From Piromyces finnis finn (lineage: Eukaryota > Fungi > Neocallimastigomycota), in the NCBI GenBank assembly GCA_002104945.1, contig MCFH01000020.1, positions 186,001 to 250,000 on the forward strand: 64,000 bases of DNA. Reading direction: 5' to 3'. Numbering within the stretch: the stretch's first letter is position 1; every line of letters starts with the position of its first letter. The notes under the pieces are model-generated. The model did not search any database, had not been told where the DNA came from, and was given only the letters and a program-made list of their open reading frames with translations. A program made the translations under genes and the position numbers. Of this stretch, positions 25,170-38,329 are shown in pieces.

Positions 25170-27482
25170 TTTCTATGATTAGTTTTTATAAAAAATTAGT
25201 AAAATAAGAAATATTTTATTATAATATATATAATATTTGATATTAAATACCTATGTATTATTACTATATATCAAATACAAAGATATAATTATGCTATATA
25301 TATTATTGTATATTAATATATATATGTATATATTGAATTATATATTGTATATACAAAATTGAAAAAAATTTATAGATTATATTAGTAATAAAATTTTTAT
25401 ATATTGTGACAATATATTTTTTAATTAATAAAAAAAAAAACTGCTTAGCAAAAAAAAAAAAAAAAATAAAAATATTATTTAAAAAATATAAAAACCATAA
25501 AAATAACAATACTATTATTAAGGTAGTGTGAAATATAATTATAGTATTAATTATTATTTTCTATTTTACTATATATTTATATATATGACTTTTAAATTGG
25601 TGTGAACTTTTTATTTGATTAGAAATTGATTAATTAATGATTTACTATATATAAATTTAAAAGCTACTAAATATTTACTATAAAAATAGAAAAATAGAAT
25701 GAAATACCTTTATTTAAAATGTTCTTTCTTCTTCTTTATAAATAAAGTAATGGCTTAATTTCTTCAATAAGAAAAATTACCTAATAATAATATTTGAAAA
25801 TAAATATATAAATATATAAATATTTTATTTTTTCTTTTATATTTTTTTATCATTTTATAATATTTTTTTTTTAATTTTTTTTTTTACCTCTTTATTATTT
25901 ATGTATTTTGTATTAAAGAATAATACGGAAATATATAGAAAAAAAAAACGAGAGAATTGATTCCTTTTATATTTTTTCATTACATTTTAAAAAAATTTAA
26001 TACAACGTTTTTTTCCTTGTTTAATATTAAATTTAATTTAATAATTTTGAAATAATTTAAAAAATGGTGAAATTTATTGTAAAAAATTTTTTAAAATAAA
26101 ATGTTTAATAATTAATTTTTTAAAAATATATTTTAATTAAATTAAAACCAATAAAATATTATATTGTAAAATAATAGTGTAACATATTAACAATAAATTT
26201 ATAAAGAATTGATTTTATATTTTTTTTTTTTTTTTTTAGTTTAGTTTTATTCTTTATATTAAATGGAACTTCAATTTATTTTATTTTATTTAAATTCAAT
26301 TCAATATATATACTATATATACATATATTTTAGTTTATATGGCAATAGTCTTTTTATGAACATTCTAATAATGATTTATGATAAAAAAGAATATAAAATA
26401 TTATTAGTAAAGTTTAAATTTTTATTTTTGCTTTATCATAAAAAAATAAATAAAAAGACCAAGTAAAAAAAAAAAAAGAAAAAGTAAGATTAAGTAAAAA
26501 TATTTCTTACAATTTATTCAAATTCTTTTAATTCATAAAAATAAAAAAAAAAGTGTTGAAAATTATAGAAATAATATATTACTATATATTATTTTACTTT
26601 CTTGCTATTTTTAATATTTAACGTTTGATGCTGAGATAAAAAGGAAAATAAATAACTTTTTTTTTTCTTTATTTTATAATTTTATACTTTGTTATACATA
26701 TAGTATAAAATATTATTATCAAAGGTAATAAAATTTTGATTTTTTGTTTATGATTACCACATATCATATTTAAATATATATATTATTTACAATATTTAGT
26801 GTTTATACAAGTTATAAAAATATTACTATATATTTTTAAAATTAAAAAAAAAAAAAGAATAAGAATTGAATACTATAATCATTATTAAGAAGAATACTAA
26901 TTTTAAAAATTACAAAGTATAGTATATTTTTTGGTTTATTGATGGTTGAGCTTCTTTTATTATCATTATTATTATGTTAAATCAATATTTTTAAAAGTTA
27001 AAGAAGCGATATACCATTATATGTATTATATATTTAATGGAAATCTTTATAATATTTAAGTATTATTTAATGATCTATTTATAATATGAAATGTTTCTTA
27101 TTTAAGCTATTAGTAGTTTACATAGTTCTAAACTAACATTCTATATAAGTGATTTGTTTCAATTGAATATGTTATAATTATTAATATCATTAATATAATT
27201 CTATGCTTAATACTTTAATATCTTTTCTAACATACTTTTTTCTTTTTTTTTTTTAAATAAAAAATAAAAATTATGATAAATAATGATAAAATTTTTTAAT
27301 AATTTAATAATAATTAGAAATAATTAAAAAAATTTTATTAATGTGTAACATATATTTTATATATAATAATAAATGCACTCATATTTCATATAGTATAAAA
27401 TATTATTATTTTAGAGAAAAGAGAAAATTAAGTGTACTTTTTAATTCACATTAAAAATTAAAACATTATTATCGAATAAACT

Positions 27483-27627
27483 TTTTAAATCAATCCAAGA
27501 TATTATAATTTAACTATACTTTTTCTTTTTTTTAATTAATCCAAGAAATTACAATTTAAATATACTTTTTAAATCAATCAAAGATATTATAAGTTAAAAG
27601 AATTTTAAATCAATCTAAGATATTACA
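27483..27627. repeat. Four imperfect copies of a ~25-bp motif (TTTTAAATCAATCNAAGATATTA) in the divergent intergenic region
   Basis: Copies at about 27483, 27531 (degenerate), 27567 and 27603. Confidence 0.6.
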
Positions 27628-28284
27628 CACTTCTTAATAATTTTTTTTTTTTTTTTTTTTTTTTAAATAAGAGTATAATAATTAGAAAAATAAATAAATA
27701 AAAGATAGAATATAGGATTAATATTTTAATTTTTCATTAAACAAGTTAAAAAAAAAAACTTAAAATCAAATTTTGAACCTCAATGCTATATTTAGAAAGA
27801 AGGAAAAAAAGAAAGAAAAAATAATTTTTTTTTTTTTGATAAAAAAAAAAAAAGATATATTCAATTAAAATCAATATAAATAATAAAAACAGTTTAAAAA
27901 ATAAATAAAAATATATGTCTATATTATTACTATAAAATCGTTAAATTTATATATTAAATAACCATTTTGTTGTTAATTGTAATAAAAGAATTTCAAAAAG
28001 AAAAATTTCAATAATTAGAAATAAGAAAGTAAGTATTTATTTCAAAAAAAAAAAAAAAAATGCTCATTATAGACTATAAAAGAATAAATATAAATAATAT
28101 ATTTTAATAATAATTATTTAAGAAAATCATTTTTAAAATTTTTTTTTTTTTTGAATGTTGTTCTTATTGTATAAATTTATTTTTATTAGTAATTAATGTA
28201 CTTATTAATCAAATAATTAAAAAAAAATATTTCTTTGCAATATATATTTAATAAATTAATAGTTGTTTTAAATAATATATAAAA

Positions 28285-29341
28285 ATGTTTGAAAACAATA
28301 AAAAGCGTAGTTCATTAAAATATGGAAAATTAAGCCCTTTTGATATAAATAAAGATGAAAATAACCAAGATATAAGTAATAAAGAAAATATATTTAATGG
28401 TAAAAATATTAATCGTATTAGTACTAATAATCAATTCAATGGAAATGTTTATAATTTTTCAAATAAAACAATAAAAGAAAATTTCCCTGGAAATAGCTTT
28501 GACAATTTTACAAGTCCAGAACCATATAATTTTTATTTACATTCTTCAAATTCCGATTTATCAAACACTTCAACTGAAACATATAATAGAGCAGGCTCAA
28601 AAAATTATTTTATTTCGGAAACTCCTACACCATTTCTTTATGATGATATCGTTAATAAAGGTAATCGAACAGACACTATTAAAAAGAACAAACCTACCAC
28701 AATTTCTAACAACAATCCAAATCGTACTCAAAAGCAAAAATTTTATAGTAATAGTTATGGTTTGAGTTTGGATAAAAATGAAATAGATGATGGGGAAGTT
28801 GAATTAAATAATGAAACAAATTCAAACAAAGATTATACCCAGTCAATTTGGTCTGTATCTCCCCCTTTTTCTGCGACTAGAACAGAAGATACTAATCTAG
28901 ATACTGTTATAGAAGATGAGAAAGAGATAATTCAAGATCTTTTGACAAAGAATTCTGTTTTTAATTCATCAACTGTAAATGAGCATAAAGAGCCGGATCC
29001 TTCCAATGATGAAATGTATAATCAAAGAGAAGCAATAACTTATCATAATGATTATCCATCAGAGGATTCTAATGAATATCATAAATCTAATGACTTTGAA
29101 TATTATGCATCGTCATCTACATCTTCATCTTTAAAAAATCAATCAAAAAGAAGGACCCTTTCTAATTCATCAATTAAAGTATTACCTAGAGCAAGGTCAT
29201 TATCTGCAATAAATTATCCAAAAGAATCTAATTCACATAATAATCCATTCTTGCATACACGATCATTAACTTCGTCGACACCACTGTCAACTAAATCAAA
29301 TAATATGTCAAAAAGGATAGTAACTAAAGAAAATTCAATTT

Positions 29342-29410
<69 letters not shown>

Positions 29411-31882
29411 TCAATAATATTTCTGATAATAATAATTCATTGTCAAATTCAAATTCTATAAACCGTAAAAAATCTTTTCCATTTTCATCCAATATCACAA
29501 ATAGTGATAGCAAAATATCATCTATTCGTAAATCCATTATTGGAAATTATTATACCCTAATGGAAAAGAATAAAATAAACAATATTCATCGTCGACAAAA
29601 TGTAACAAAACACTCTAATATGAAGTCCAAATCAAAAATTTATGCCAATCAACGACCTCCAGAAGATTTTAATGATATAGGCGAGGAATTTTATTATGAT
29701 AGTGACACAAATCAAGAAGAAATAATAGATCAAAAATATCATTCTAATGAACCTTCAATAAGTTTTATAGGTAAAGTTTAAAATTTTTAATAAATTATAT
29801 TATAAAAATTTAATTAATAAAATATAATAATATAGATAATATGTAATGATAGAAAAAAACAAAAACAAAAACAAAAACAAAAACAAAAACAAAAACAAAA
29901 AAAAAAAAAAAAAAAAAAAAAAAACTAGTGATTTTTAATATACTTATTATTATTATTATTTTATATAATTATTAGAAAAAATATCTCTTTTCTTTTATAA
30001 AACATTAAAATTAATATTTTTATGCTTTTATATGATATGGAAACTATTATCATCAAAGTAAGTTTATTTTAAATATATCATTGCTTCAATTAATTTTACT
30101 TATCTAATTAACTTTAAATAACTTCTTTTTTTTTTTTTTTTCCAAAATAGAATAACCATTATTTTTCTATTACTGTGTATATATACCCAAATTTATTTAG
30201 TGGATGAAAATGGTAATTATAGTATAGTGAGATGGTTAAATTGGGCTAAATTACCGGAACATGATATCCATCATCAAAAACTTTTAAACTTAGAATATCA
30301 ATTACAAAAACTTGAAACTACCTTAATTAATCTAAATAAAGAAACGGAAGAAATAAAAGCTGATACGCCTCAAACTTATTTAGATCAATTAAATAAAGAA
30401 ATTGAACTTTTATCAGTAAGGTTAGCTAATGTTGCAGAAGAAGCTTCCCATAGTAATTTAGTGAATTCAAAACAAAAGCAAGATATTCAAAATTTGAAGC
30501 ATCTTTCATCTAATATAGAAGTTAACTTTAATGATCTAAAAACTAATGTGAATGATTTTAGTCAAATAATAAAGCATGTTGAAACAAAAATTGATGCTGA
30601 TAAAGAAAACCAAATTAAACAATTGAAAAAAGATTTAGAACCCATTTTAGAGAAAATCATACCCAAAATTATGGTTGCTAAAATTAATCCAATTACTCGT
30701 GCAGTTGAATTTGATGACCGATTTTGGAGATATCTTTCAAAGAACTTTTTAACTATAGATTCACTAAAGACACTAATTAAAACACATGATGAAGCATTAG
30801 AAGAAATGAATCAAAGAATGAAATTAAACATTCCTACATGGGATGATTTTATTAATAGTAATCGTCAAATGTTAGAAAGTTATATTAGTAAGGAATTTCA
30901 ACAACAACTTAAACAAGGTGATATTATTATATCAAAAGAAGATGTAATTCATTTAGTACAAACCGAATTTTATCGTTATTTAACTCAACTCAATACATCC
31001 ATTCCAGAGCTTCGTGATGCTATCCAGGGATATATCGAACAAGCCATGGAAAGATATTCAATTGATATTTCTATAAAACCAGATTACGCATTAGAAAGTT
31101 CAGGTGCGCAAATTCTACCTCATTATACATCAAATAGTTATCATCGTAATCCTGAAGGTCCTCTCGCCAAAGCATGGGCAAATATATTCGGAGTTAGTGG
31201 TGTTTTACTTGGAAAATCAGCTGTGGTAGCACTTCAACCTGATACACATGCTGGCAATTGTTGGGCAATGGATGGTAAGTTTTTTTTTATTTTTTTATTA
31301 TTGTTTTGTTTTGTTTGTTAGCTTTATTTCTTATTTCATATAAATTAGAATAAAATGAAAATATATATTTATAATAAATAATATAAAATAATATAAAAAT
31401 CATTAATATTAAAATACTTTTCATAATGATAATATTTAGGTAATCATGGTTTTTTAACTGTACAGCTTTCTATGCCAATCATACCATCACATATTACGAT
31501 AGAACATATGTCTCAAGAAGAATCAGTTCCCGATTCATTGTTAAGCTCAGCACCACGTGAAATTGAAGTTTATGGAATTACTGATAAGGAAGCTATGGAA
31601 AAGATACCATCATATCATGATCAAACAATTTCCCTTTCAACCTCACCCTATGCTATTCATTTAGCCTCACTTGTTTTTGATCCTCATGATAACTTTATTC
31701 AAACTTTTGCAATCTCAAATGAAGCAAAAATTCGACTTCAATCTGTGACATCTATACAAGTTGTTCAATTTCAAATATTTTCTAATTGGGGTGAAGATAA
31801 ATATACATGTATATATCGTGTTCGTGTTCATGGTCGTGAATTACAAATGAAAGACATAAATTTTAAAAAAATAATGAACTAA
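28285..31882 (+). CDS. SUN-domain (Sad1/UNC-84) inner nuclear membrane protein; multi-exon
   Basis: Low-complexity N-terminus, hydrophobic TM exons at about 29976-30200, coiled coil, then SUN domain motifs PDYALESSGAQI, LQPDTHAGNCWAMDG, ITIEH, SAPREIEVYG, SNWGEDKYTCIYRVRVHG. Confidence 0.92.
29860..29924 (+). repeat. (AAAAAC)n microsatellite plus poly(A) in a SUN gene intron
   Basis: Direct reading of the sequence. Confidence 0.85.
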
Positions 31883-32348
31883 ATATTAATTTATATAATT
31901 AGGGAAAAAAAAAAAGTATATATAATTTTTCAATTAAAATAATATAATCTGATAAAAAAAGATTAATCTATTTCTATTCTATTTAAAATAAAGTAAAAAA
32001 AAAAAAAAAAAAAAAAACCCTTTTATATTTATTATGTATAGAATGATTTTATCAATTTTCATATCTATATTTCATATTTATTTATATTCATTTTAAATAA
32101 AGAAAAAATAAAAAAATATATTTAATTTTTATTTTATTAATGAAAATCTAATTAATAAAGTTTTAAATCATTTTTTTATTTTCATTTTTTTCAATGTTAA
32201 TTTTTATTTGTTATTTTTATTTTTTTTTATTTTTTTTTTTTTTTTATTACAATTATTATTAATATAAACTTTATTTATTAATTAAATTCGAACTAAAGTG
32301 TTTTAAAAGTTTTTATTTAGAGCAAAAGAAATTTAAATTTAAAAGAAC

Positions 32349-32960
32349 ATGACAATTCAAATTAGAGAACTTGATAAAAAAGATTATGATATTGCACGTC
32401 AATTTGCTATTGAAGGAATGAATATTAGAATGTATACTGATATTCCTCATGAAATATATTTATATAGTAAATTTTTTTTTTACATGGAACTCCTTAAAGC
32501 AACACAAATATTAGCAGCATATGAAAATGATAAACTTGTTGGTGTTTTAATGGTTGAAATGGAAGGTGAACCCACAAAAGTTAATTCATTATGGTATAGA
32601 ATGATGGTTAAATCTTTAAGATATATGATGAAATTTATGTTTAATGGCCAATCAAACGTATACGATGAAATTAATGAAATTATGTTAAATAAATATTTAA
32701 AAACTAATAAACCTGATGGTGAACTTGCATTTTTTGCTATTGATCCAGAACTTCAAGGAAAAGGTATTGGTACTATGATGTTAAATGAATTAGAAAAAAT
32801 AGAGAAAGGAAAAGAAATATATCTATTTACAGATTCAGGCTGTAATTATCAATTTTATGATCATAGAAATTTCAAAAAAGAACAAGAAGGAGATATTGTA
32901 ATGATTATTCATGATAAAAGAACACCTCTAACTTGTTATTTATACAGTAAAGTTTTATAA
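32349..32960 (+). CDS. GNAT-family N-acetyltransferase, intronless, bacterial-like
   Basis: 203-aa single-exon ORF with the acetyl-CoA-binding motif FFAIDPELQGKGIGTMML and YLFTDSGCNYQFYDHRNF. Confidence 0.85.
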   Translation: MTIQIRELDKKDYDIARQFAIEGMNIRMYTDIPHEIYLYSKFFFYMELLKATQILAAYENDKLVGVLMVEMEGEPTKVNSLWYRMMVKSLRYMMKFMFNGQSNVYDEINEIMLNKYLKTNKPDGELAFFAIDPELQGKGIGTMMLNELEKIEKGKEIYLFTDSGCNYQFYDHRNFKKEQEGDIVMIIHDKRTPLTCYLYSKVL

Positions 32961-34294
32961 TTACAAAATAATTAATTTAAAAAAATAAAAATATACCCTT
33001 ATTCTCTTAAAAAAGTTTTTGATTGAATTACGATATTTTTAATTAATAATTTGAAAAAAATTAAAAAAAAAAATTAGATTTTTATTTTAAATCATAATTT
33101 AATTTAATTTAATTATTTATTACTGATACTGAATTTTTTTTAAATAGCAACAACAACAATAATAAAACTTTATTAAAATATTAAAAGAGTTAAATATTCA
33201 TTTTATAATATATATTATTTCTCATTTTTATATTATGAATTGTAAATATTTTCTTTTTTTTTTTTTTTTAAATAAAATTTAGATATATAGATTTTTTTAA
33301 TATAAAATGTTTTTAATTAATATTTAATAATTTTAATTAATAATATTTAAGAAATCAATAAGAATTATTCATGAACATTAACATAAATTTTCCTACTTTT
33401 CTTTTTTTAAAAAGAAAAATTTAACAATAATAGTTAAATTCAATATGTTTAGATACTTTAAAAAATACTTTTGTAATAAAGTGATAAAGAAGAATTTATA
33501 TAAAAAGTGATATATTATTATCAAATTACTAATATCCATCAAAATATTCATTTAAACAGACCAATTTTTAATATTATTTTTATTATAAAAAATACCATCC
33601 TTCCTAATGTTACACTATATTTTTTTTTTAATTTAAATGACATACACTTTAAAAAAGTTTAATTAATAATATATTAAATTTATATATTAAATTATATTGG
33701 CATTTAATATAAATGCGTAAGTCTTAATGTTATATAAAATATATTTCAATATATTAAATACTACATATTATAAATTAAATTTAAATATATATCAAATAAA
33801 AGAATTTCATTCAAAACAATTTAAACTTTTGTAATTGAATTAATTTAATTAATATATTCATATTCAATTGTACTATTTTTGATGATATTAAATCGTTTAC
33901 TACATTTAATGAAAGTGTTTCAAAAAGGACTTTAAATTTTTATTATTTTGTAAGAAAAAAAAAAAGTATTTAAAAGTAATTACTGCAATATTTTGTTAGG
34001 TTTATACCATAAAAAAGCATAATTAATGTTATATCATGAGATAATATAAAATATTTTTTATTAAAATATATAATTATATTTTATATGTATAAGATTTTAT
34101 AATTATATCTATTTCAATAGTACTTTAATATTTTAATCAAATTGTATTTTTATAATTTAGTTTTATATTAATAATATATTATTCAATTTATTATTAATTT
34201 ATAAATTAAAACTTTTATATTAAAGTTTTTTTTTTCTTGTTCGGTAACTCTTAAAAAAAATAAAAAAAAAATATAATAATAACTAAATAATAAA

Positions 34295-34329
<35 letters not shown>

Positions 34330-34522
34330 TACAATAAATTTAAATGATAAATAGTTAAAATATCACTATATCAAAGGAATATTTTAATTATTATTATTTT
34401 TATTAAAAAGTAGAAGTAAACAAAAAAAAAATATAAATAAATAAAAAAAAAAATTAATATAATTTATAGAGAAAATAATTGATAAAGAAAGAGGCAATAT
34501 TATAGTAGAAATATTAAATATC

Positions 34523-36993
34523 ATGAAATTTTTAAAGACACTAGGACTTCTATTATCAGCTGCGACTGCGTATTGTGGTACTATAAATTTTAGAGTTATA
34601 TGTGTGGGATGTCAAAATGTTTCTGTTAATGTTAATGGAAATGAATATCCTTTAAATAAATATGAAAATTTACCATATTTTATGAATGGAGTTGAAGCAA
34701 ACGAGGGTGACAAGTAAAAATCAGATTTTAAATTAAAAATTTAAATTCAATAATACATACTTTTAAAATCATATGAAATGTTTATATATAATTAAATAAA
34801 ATGAAATATATATATTAATTATTTTTTAATATTACTTATTATTGTTATGGTTTTCACATTCTAATTACTAAAATATTTAAAATATGTTGGAAATTATTAT
34901 TATATTAATATTAATAATTATAATTTAAATATTATATTATAAACAATGATAAAAAGGTATCACTACATTGCAGACGGTGTTGCAGAAAATTTTGAAAGAA
35001 TATTTGATGGTGAATTAGAAGATAGAACATATAACGATTTCTTTCAAAGAGAAATAACTGTAAAAAAAATGTATCAATTTGGTTTTCCAACAGATAAAAA
35101 ATGGACTCGTTCAATTGGTAAACAAGAACTTTTCGATGATACCTATATTCCAACAATTTATGTAGAAGGTGGTTTAACCTTTTTTCAAACTGCACCAAAA
35201 GGTACAACTCAAGTTCAAAGAGTAACTTTCTTTTTAAAGGATAATGTTCATTACTATACGGTAAATATCTTAATTAATATATATTTATACTAATATGTTT
35301 GAAATAAATCAGATTTCTTTATAATTTCATTTTAAAAAATATATTAAAATCATAAGAATTTTATTGAAAAAAAGAAAAGAAAAATATAAAATATAAATAA
35401 TATTACTAAACATTCAAATTTTACTAAATAAAACATAACAAAAATGACTTTAGAATGTCCCATTAGCTTGTAAGAATCGTAATAATGATAAATTCCAAGT
35501 TCGTTTCGGTTTACCACCAGATGCCAACAGTAAAAATCCATTAAAACGTAGTATTTTGAAGTTAAGAGCTAGTTCTGAAGATCCTGCATTTATGAGACAA
35601 CTTATTTATTCTGATATTCTCCACGCTATAGGTAATCCAACTCATGAATCTGTAACATGCCGTGTTTACAGTGATGGTGTTGGTATTGGTGTTTACGTAT
35701 TACAAGAAGATGTTTCAACTAAATCATTTGCTAGATCTGCTTTCTATGGTAATGAAAAAACTGGTAAAATTTCAGTTTCAACCAGTGAACTTGGTACACC
35801 ATTAGATTGTAGTACTGGTGCTGACTTTCAACTTGACGGCTCATACAGTTCTTTCCAACCTCCAGAAAATGAAAAAGATAATAATGATAAAATTGTTCCA
35901 TTAATCGAAGCAATGAATAGAGTTGACCCAACTAATGCATCTGATCTTAATGAGTTTAGCGAGAAGTGGTTTGATTTAGATATTTTCTTTAAAGCAATGG
36001 CTGTAAGTATTTATTTATTTATAATTTATTATTATTATTATTGTTGTTGTTGTTGTTGTTGCTATTATTTGAAAGACATATTTATACTTTTTTTTTTTAA
36101 TTAATAATTTAATTTTTTTTTAAATTTATATATCAATATTATTAATATTAAAAATATTAATAACAATTATTAATGCTTAATTTAAAATACCATTATAAAA
36201 AATCATTAATTTATAGGTGGAATATCTTGCTGGTCATTGGGATTCATACTGGTATTATACAACTAATTTTGTTATGTACGATGATCCAAAGGAATCTTCC
36301 TCTTCTAATATAAAGTATTATTTTGTCGATCAAGATTTTGATTTAACCTGGGGATGTGGTTTAAGTGATGAAATTAATAGATATGGTAAGGAATATCCAA
36401 ATCATTCATACAAGGAAGATGTCAATAGAACTTGGAACATTGGTGAATTTGATGGACCAAATCGTTATGCAATTGATAAATTCCTTTCCGATGGTACTTT
36501 AACTAAAGGTATGTTTGAAGCTTATTTAGTATCGATTGTTAAGCATATTTTCAACCCAGTTGCAATTGGTGAAAAGGTTAATGCTTATAAAGAAAGAATT
36601 AGACCAGAATTAGAATGGGAATACAGTCTTCAGCGTCAATACACAAGTCTTAATTCTAAGAAATATGAATTCACTATTGAAGATTTTGATGTTGGTATTG
36701 AAAAAGGTGGTAGAAGACACGCATGGGGTATCATGGATTGGACCGAAATGCGTGCTAATACTGTTGCCAATGAATTTGGATTTCAATATGATACATATCC
36801 AATTACACCTGCAGATGCTGCACATATTAAGGTTAGTCCTATTAAACCAATGGAAGCCTCTGGTAATTATGAAGAATATGCTGGTCAAACTGTTACTGAA
36901 AGATTAGCTTCCGAGTCAGAATCTGGTGCTTTAAATTTAAGAATCTTTTCAAAATCATTAATTATTATGTCTATTTTATATTTGTTTTTATAA
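34523..36993 (+). CDS. Second CotH kinase-family protein with signal peptide and probable C-terminal GPI-anchor signal; 4 exons
   Basis: MKFLKTLGLLLSAATAYC signal; LKLRASSEDPAFMRQLIYSDIL; YLAGHWDSYW..TNFVMY; VDQDFDLTWG; C-terminal ESESGA plus hydrophobic tail LIIMSILYLFL; no dockerin. Confidence 0.88.
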
Positions 36994-37151
36994 TTTTATA
37001 AGCAAATATCAATAATAATATAAGTTCATAACAGTAATACTATTTTTTAGTTATTAATTACTTTATAAAAAAAAAACCCCCTTCTATATATAAATATTAT
37101 AAATATATTAGGTGATGAATTTATAGATATTTAATTAATATACCTTTATGA

Positions 37152-37183
<32 letters not shown>

Positions 37184-38329
37184 CATAATTAGAATTTATA
37201 TAAACACATGACAAAACTTGTATAATTTAATTTACAAAAATATAAGATGTTTTTAATAGAAATTTTATATTTAAAATATTATAATTCATTTTTAAAATTC
37301 ATTATTCATATAAAATATATAAATCAAGCAAATAAAACATATATATATAAATTATATAAATTATAGCAATAGATAAATAAATAAGTAAAGAATAAAAATA
37401 TAAAAGTAAAAAAATAAAAATTTATATATATCCTATATTTATAAGTGTAAATAGAAGATGAGTAGAATAAAAATATTAAAAGATATGGTTACACAATTTT
37501 TATAAATATTTATTTTTAAATATTTTAGGAATGTTTTTTTAACATATAATTAAAAAATATAATATTTTAACATTTGAAGAAGTATTAACTCTTTTTAAAC
37601 AAATAACTTAACAAATTGAAGTAGATATATTTTTTTTCCCCTCTATTAAAAATAATAGTAATTTATTAGAATTGTATAAAGAAATACTATTTATCCCATA
37701 TAAATAATAATAAAACATTAATACTTTAAAAATTAAATAAAAATTTCTAATTTACAAATTTTATACTTTTTTTATTTATTATAACAAAATGAAATGATAA
37801 AATTTTCCGTAAATAATTATAAAACTTTAAAGCATAGTTTATTAATTAAATTTATTAATATACGATATTATAAAGTTTTTGTAAATAATCACACTCAATA
37901 GTATTTATTAAAATTTACTTTGATAATTATTTTAGTATATAGTTACAACCTTTTTTTTTTTTTTTATCATACTTCAAAGCTTCAAAAATTGAATACTAAA
38001 TGATAATGAAAATTTTTAACATATAACATAATATAAATTATTTCATTTTTTGTTATATAATACAAGTTTTTTTTTTTTTAATTAATCTTAGTTTTATTTT
38101 TTGTTAATGTTTTAATTATTAATTGTATATATAAATTATTAAAATAAAGAAAATATTGGAAAAAAAAAAAAAAAAAAAAAAAAACAATAATAATAAACTG
38201 TATTAAAAACATTAACAACAATCAAAACCATAATTAGAATTCAAAGTTTAATATCAAAGGAAAAATACTTTTATTAATTAACTAAGCAATATTATTAACC
38301 TCAATATTTTTTAATTAAAATATATCAAA

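Noticed and set aside
25303-26466. Short hydrophobic ORFs in AT-rich intergenic or intronic DNA (e.g. 25303-25509, 26263-26466, 44002-44250, 59103-59309)
   Set aside because: Composition of F/I/K/Y/L/N codons expected from AT-rich non-coding sequence; no motifs.
26940-27240. Possible decayed ankyrin-repeat relic on the minus strand (DIN..., LELCKLLI)
   Set aside because: Multiple stops and only fragmentary motif similarity; not distinguishable from chance without an HMM search.
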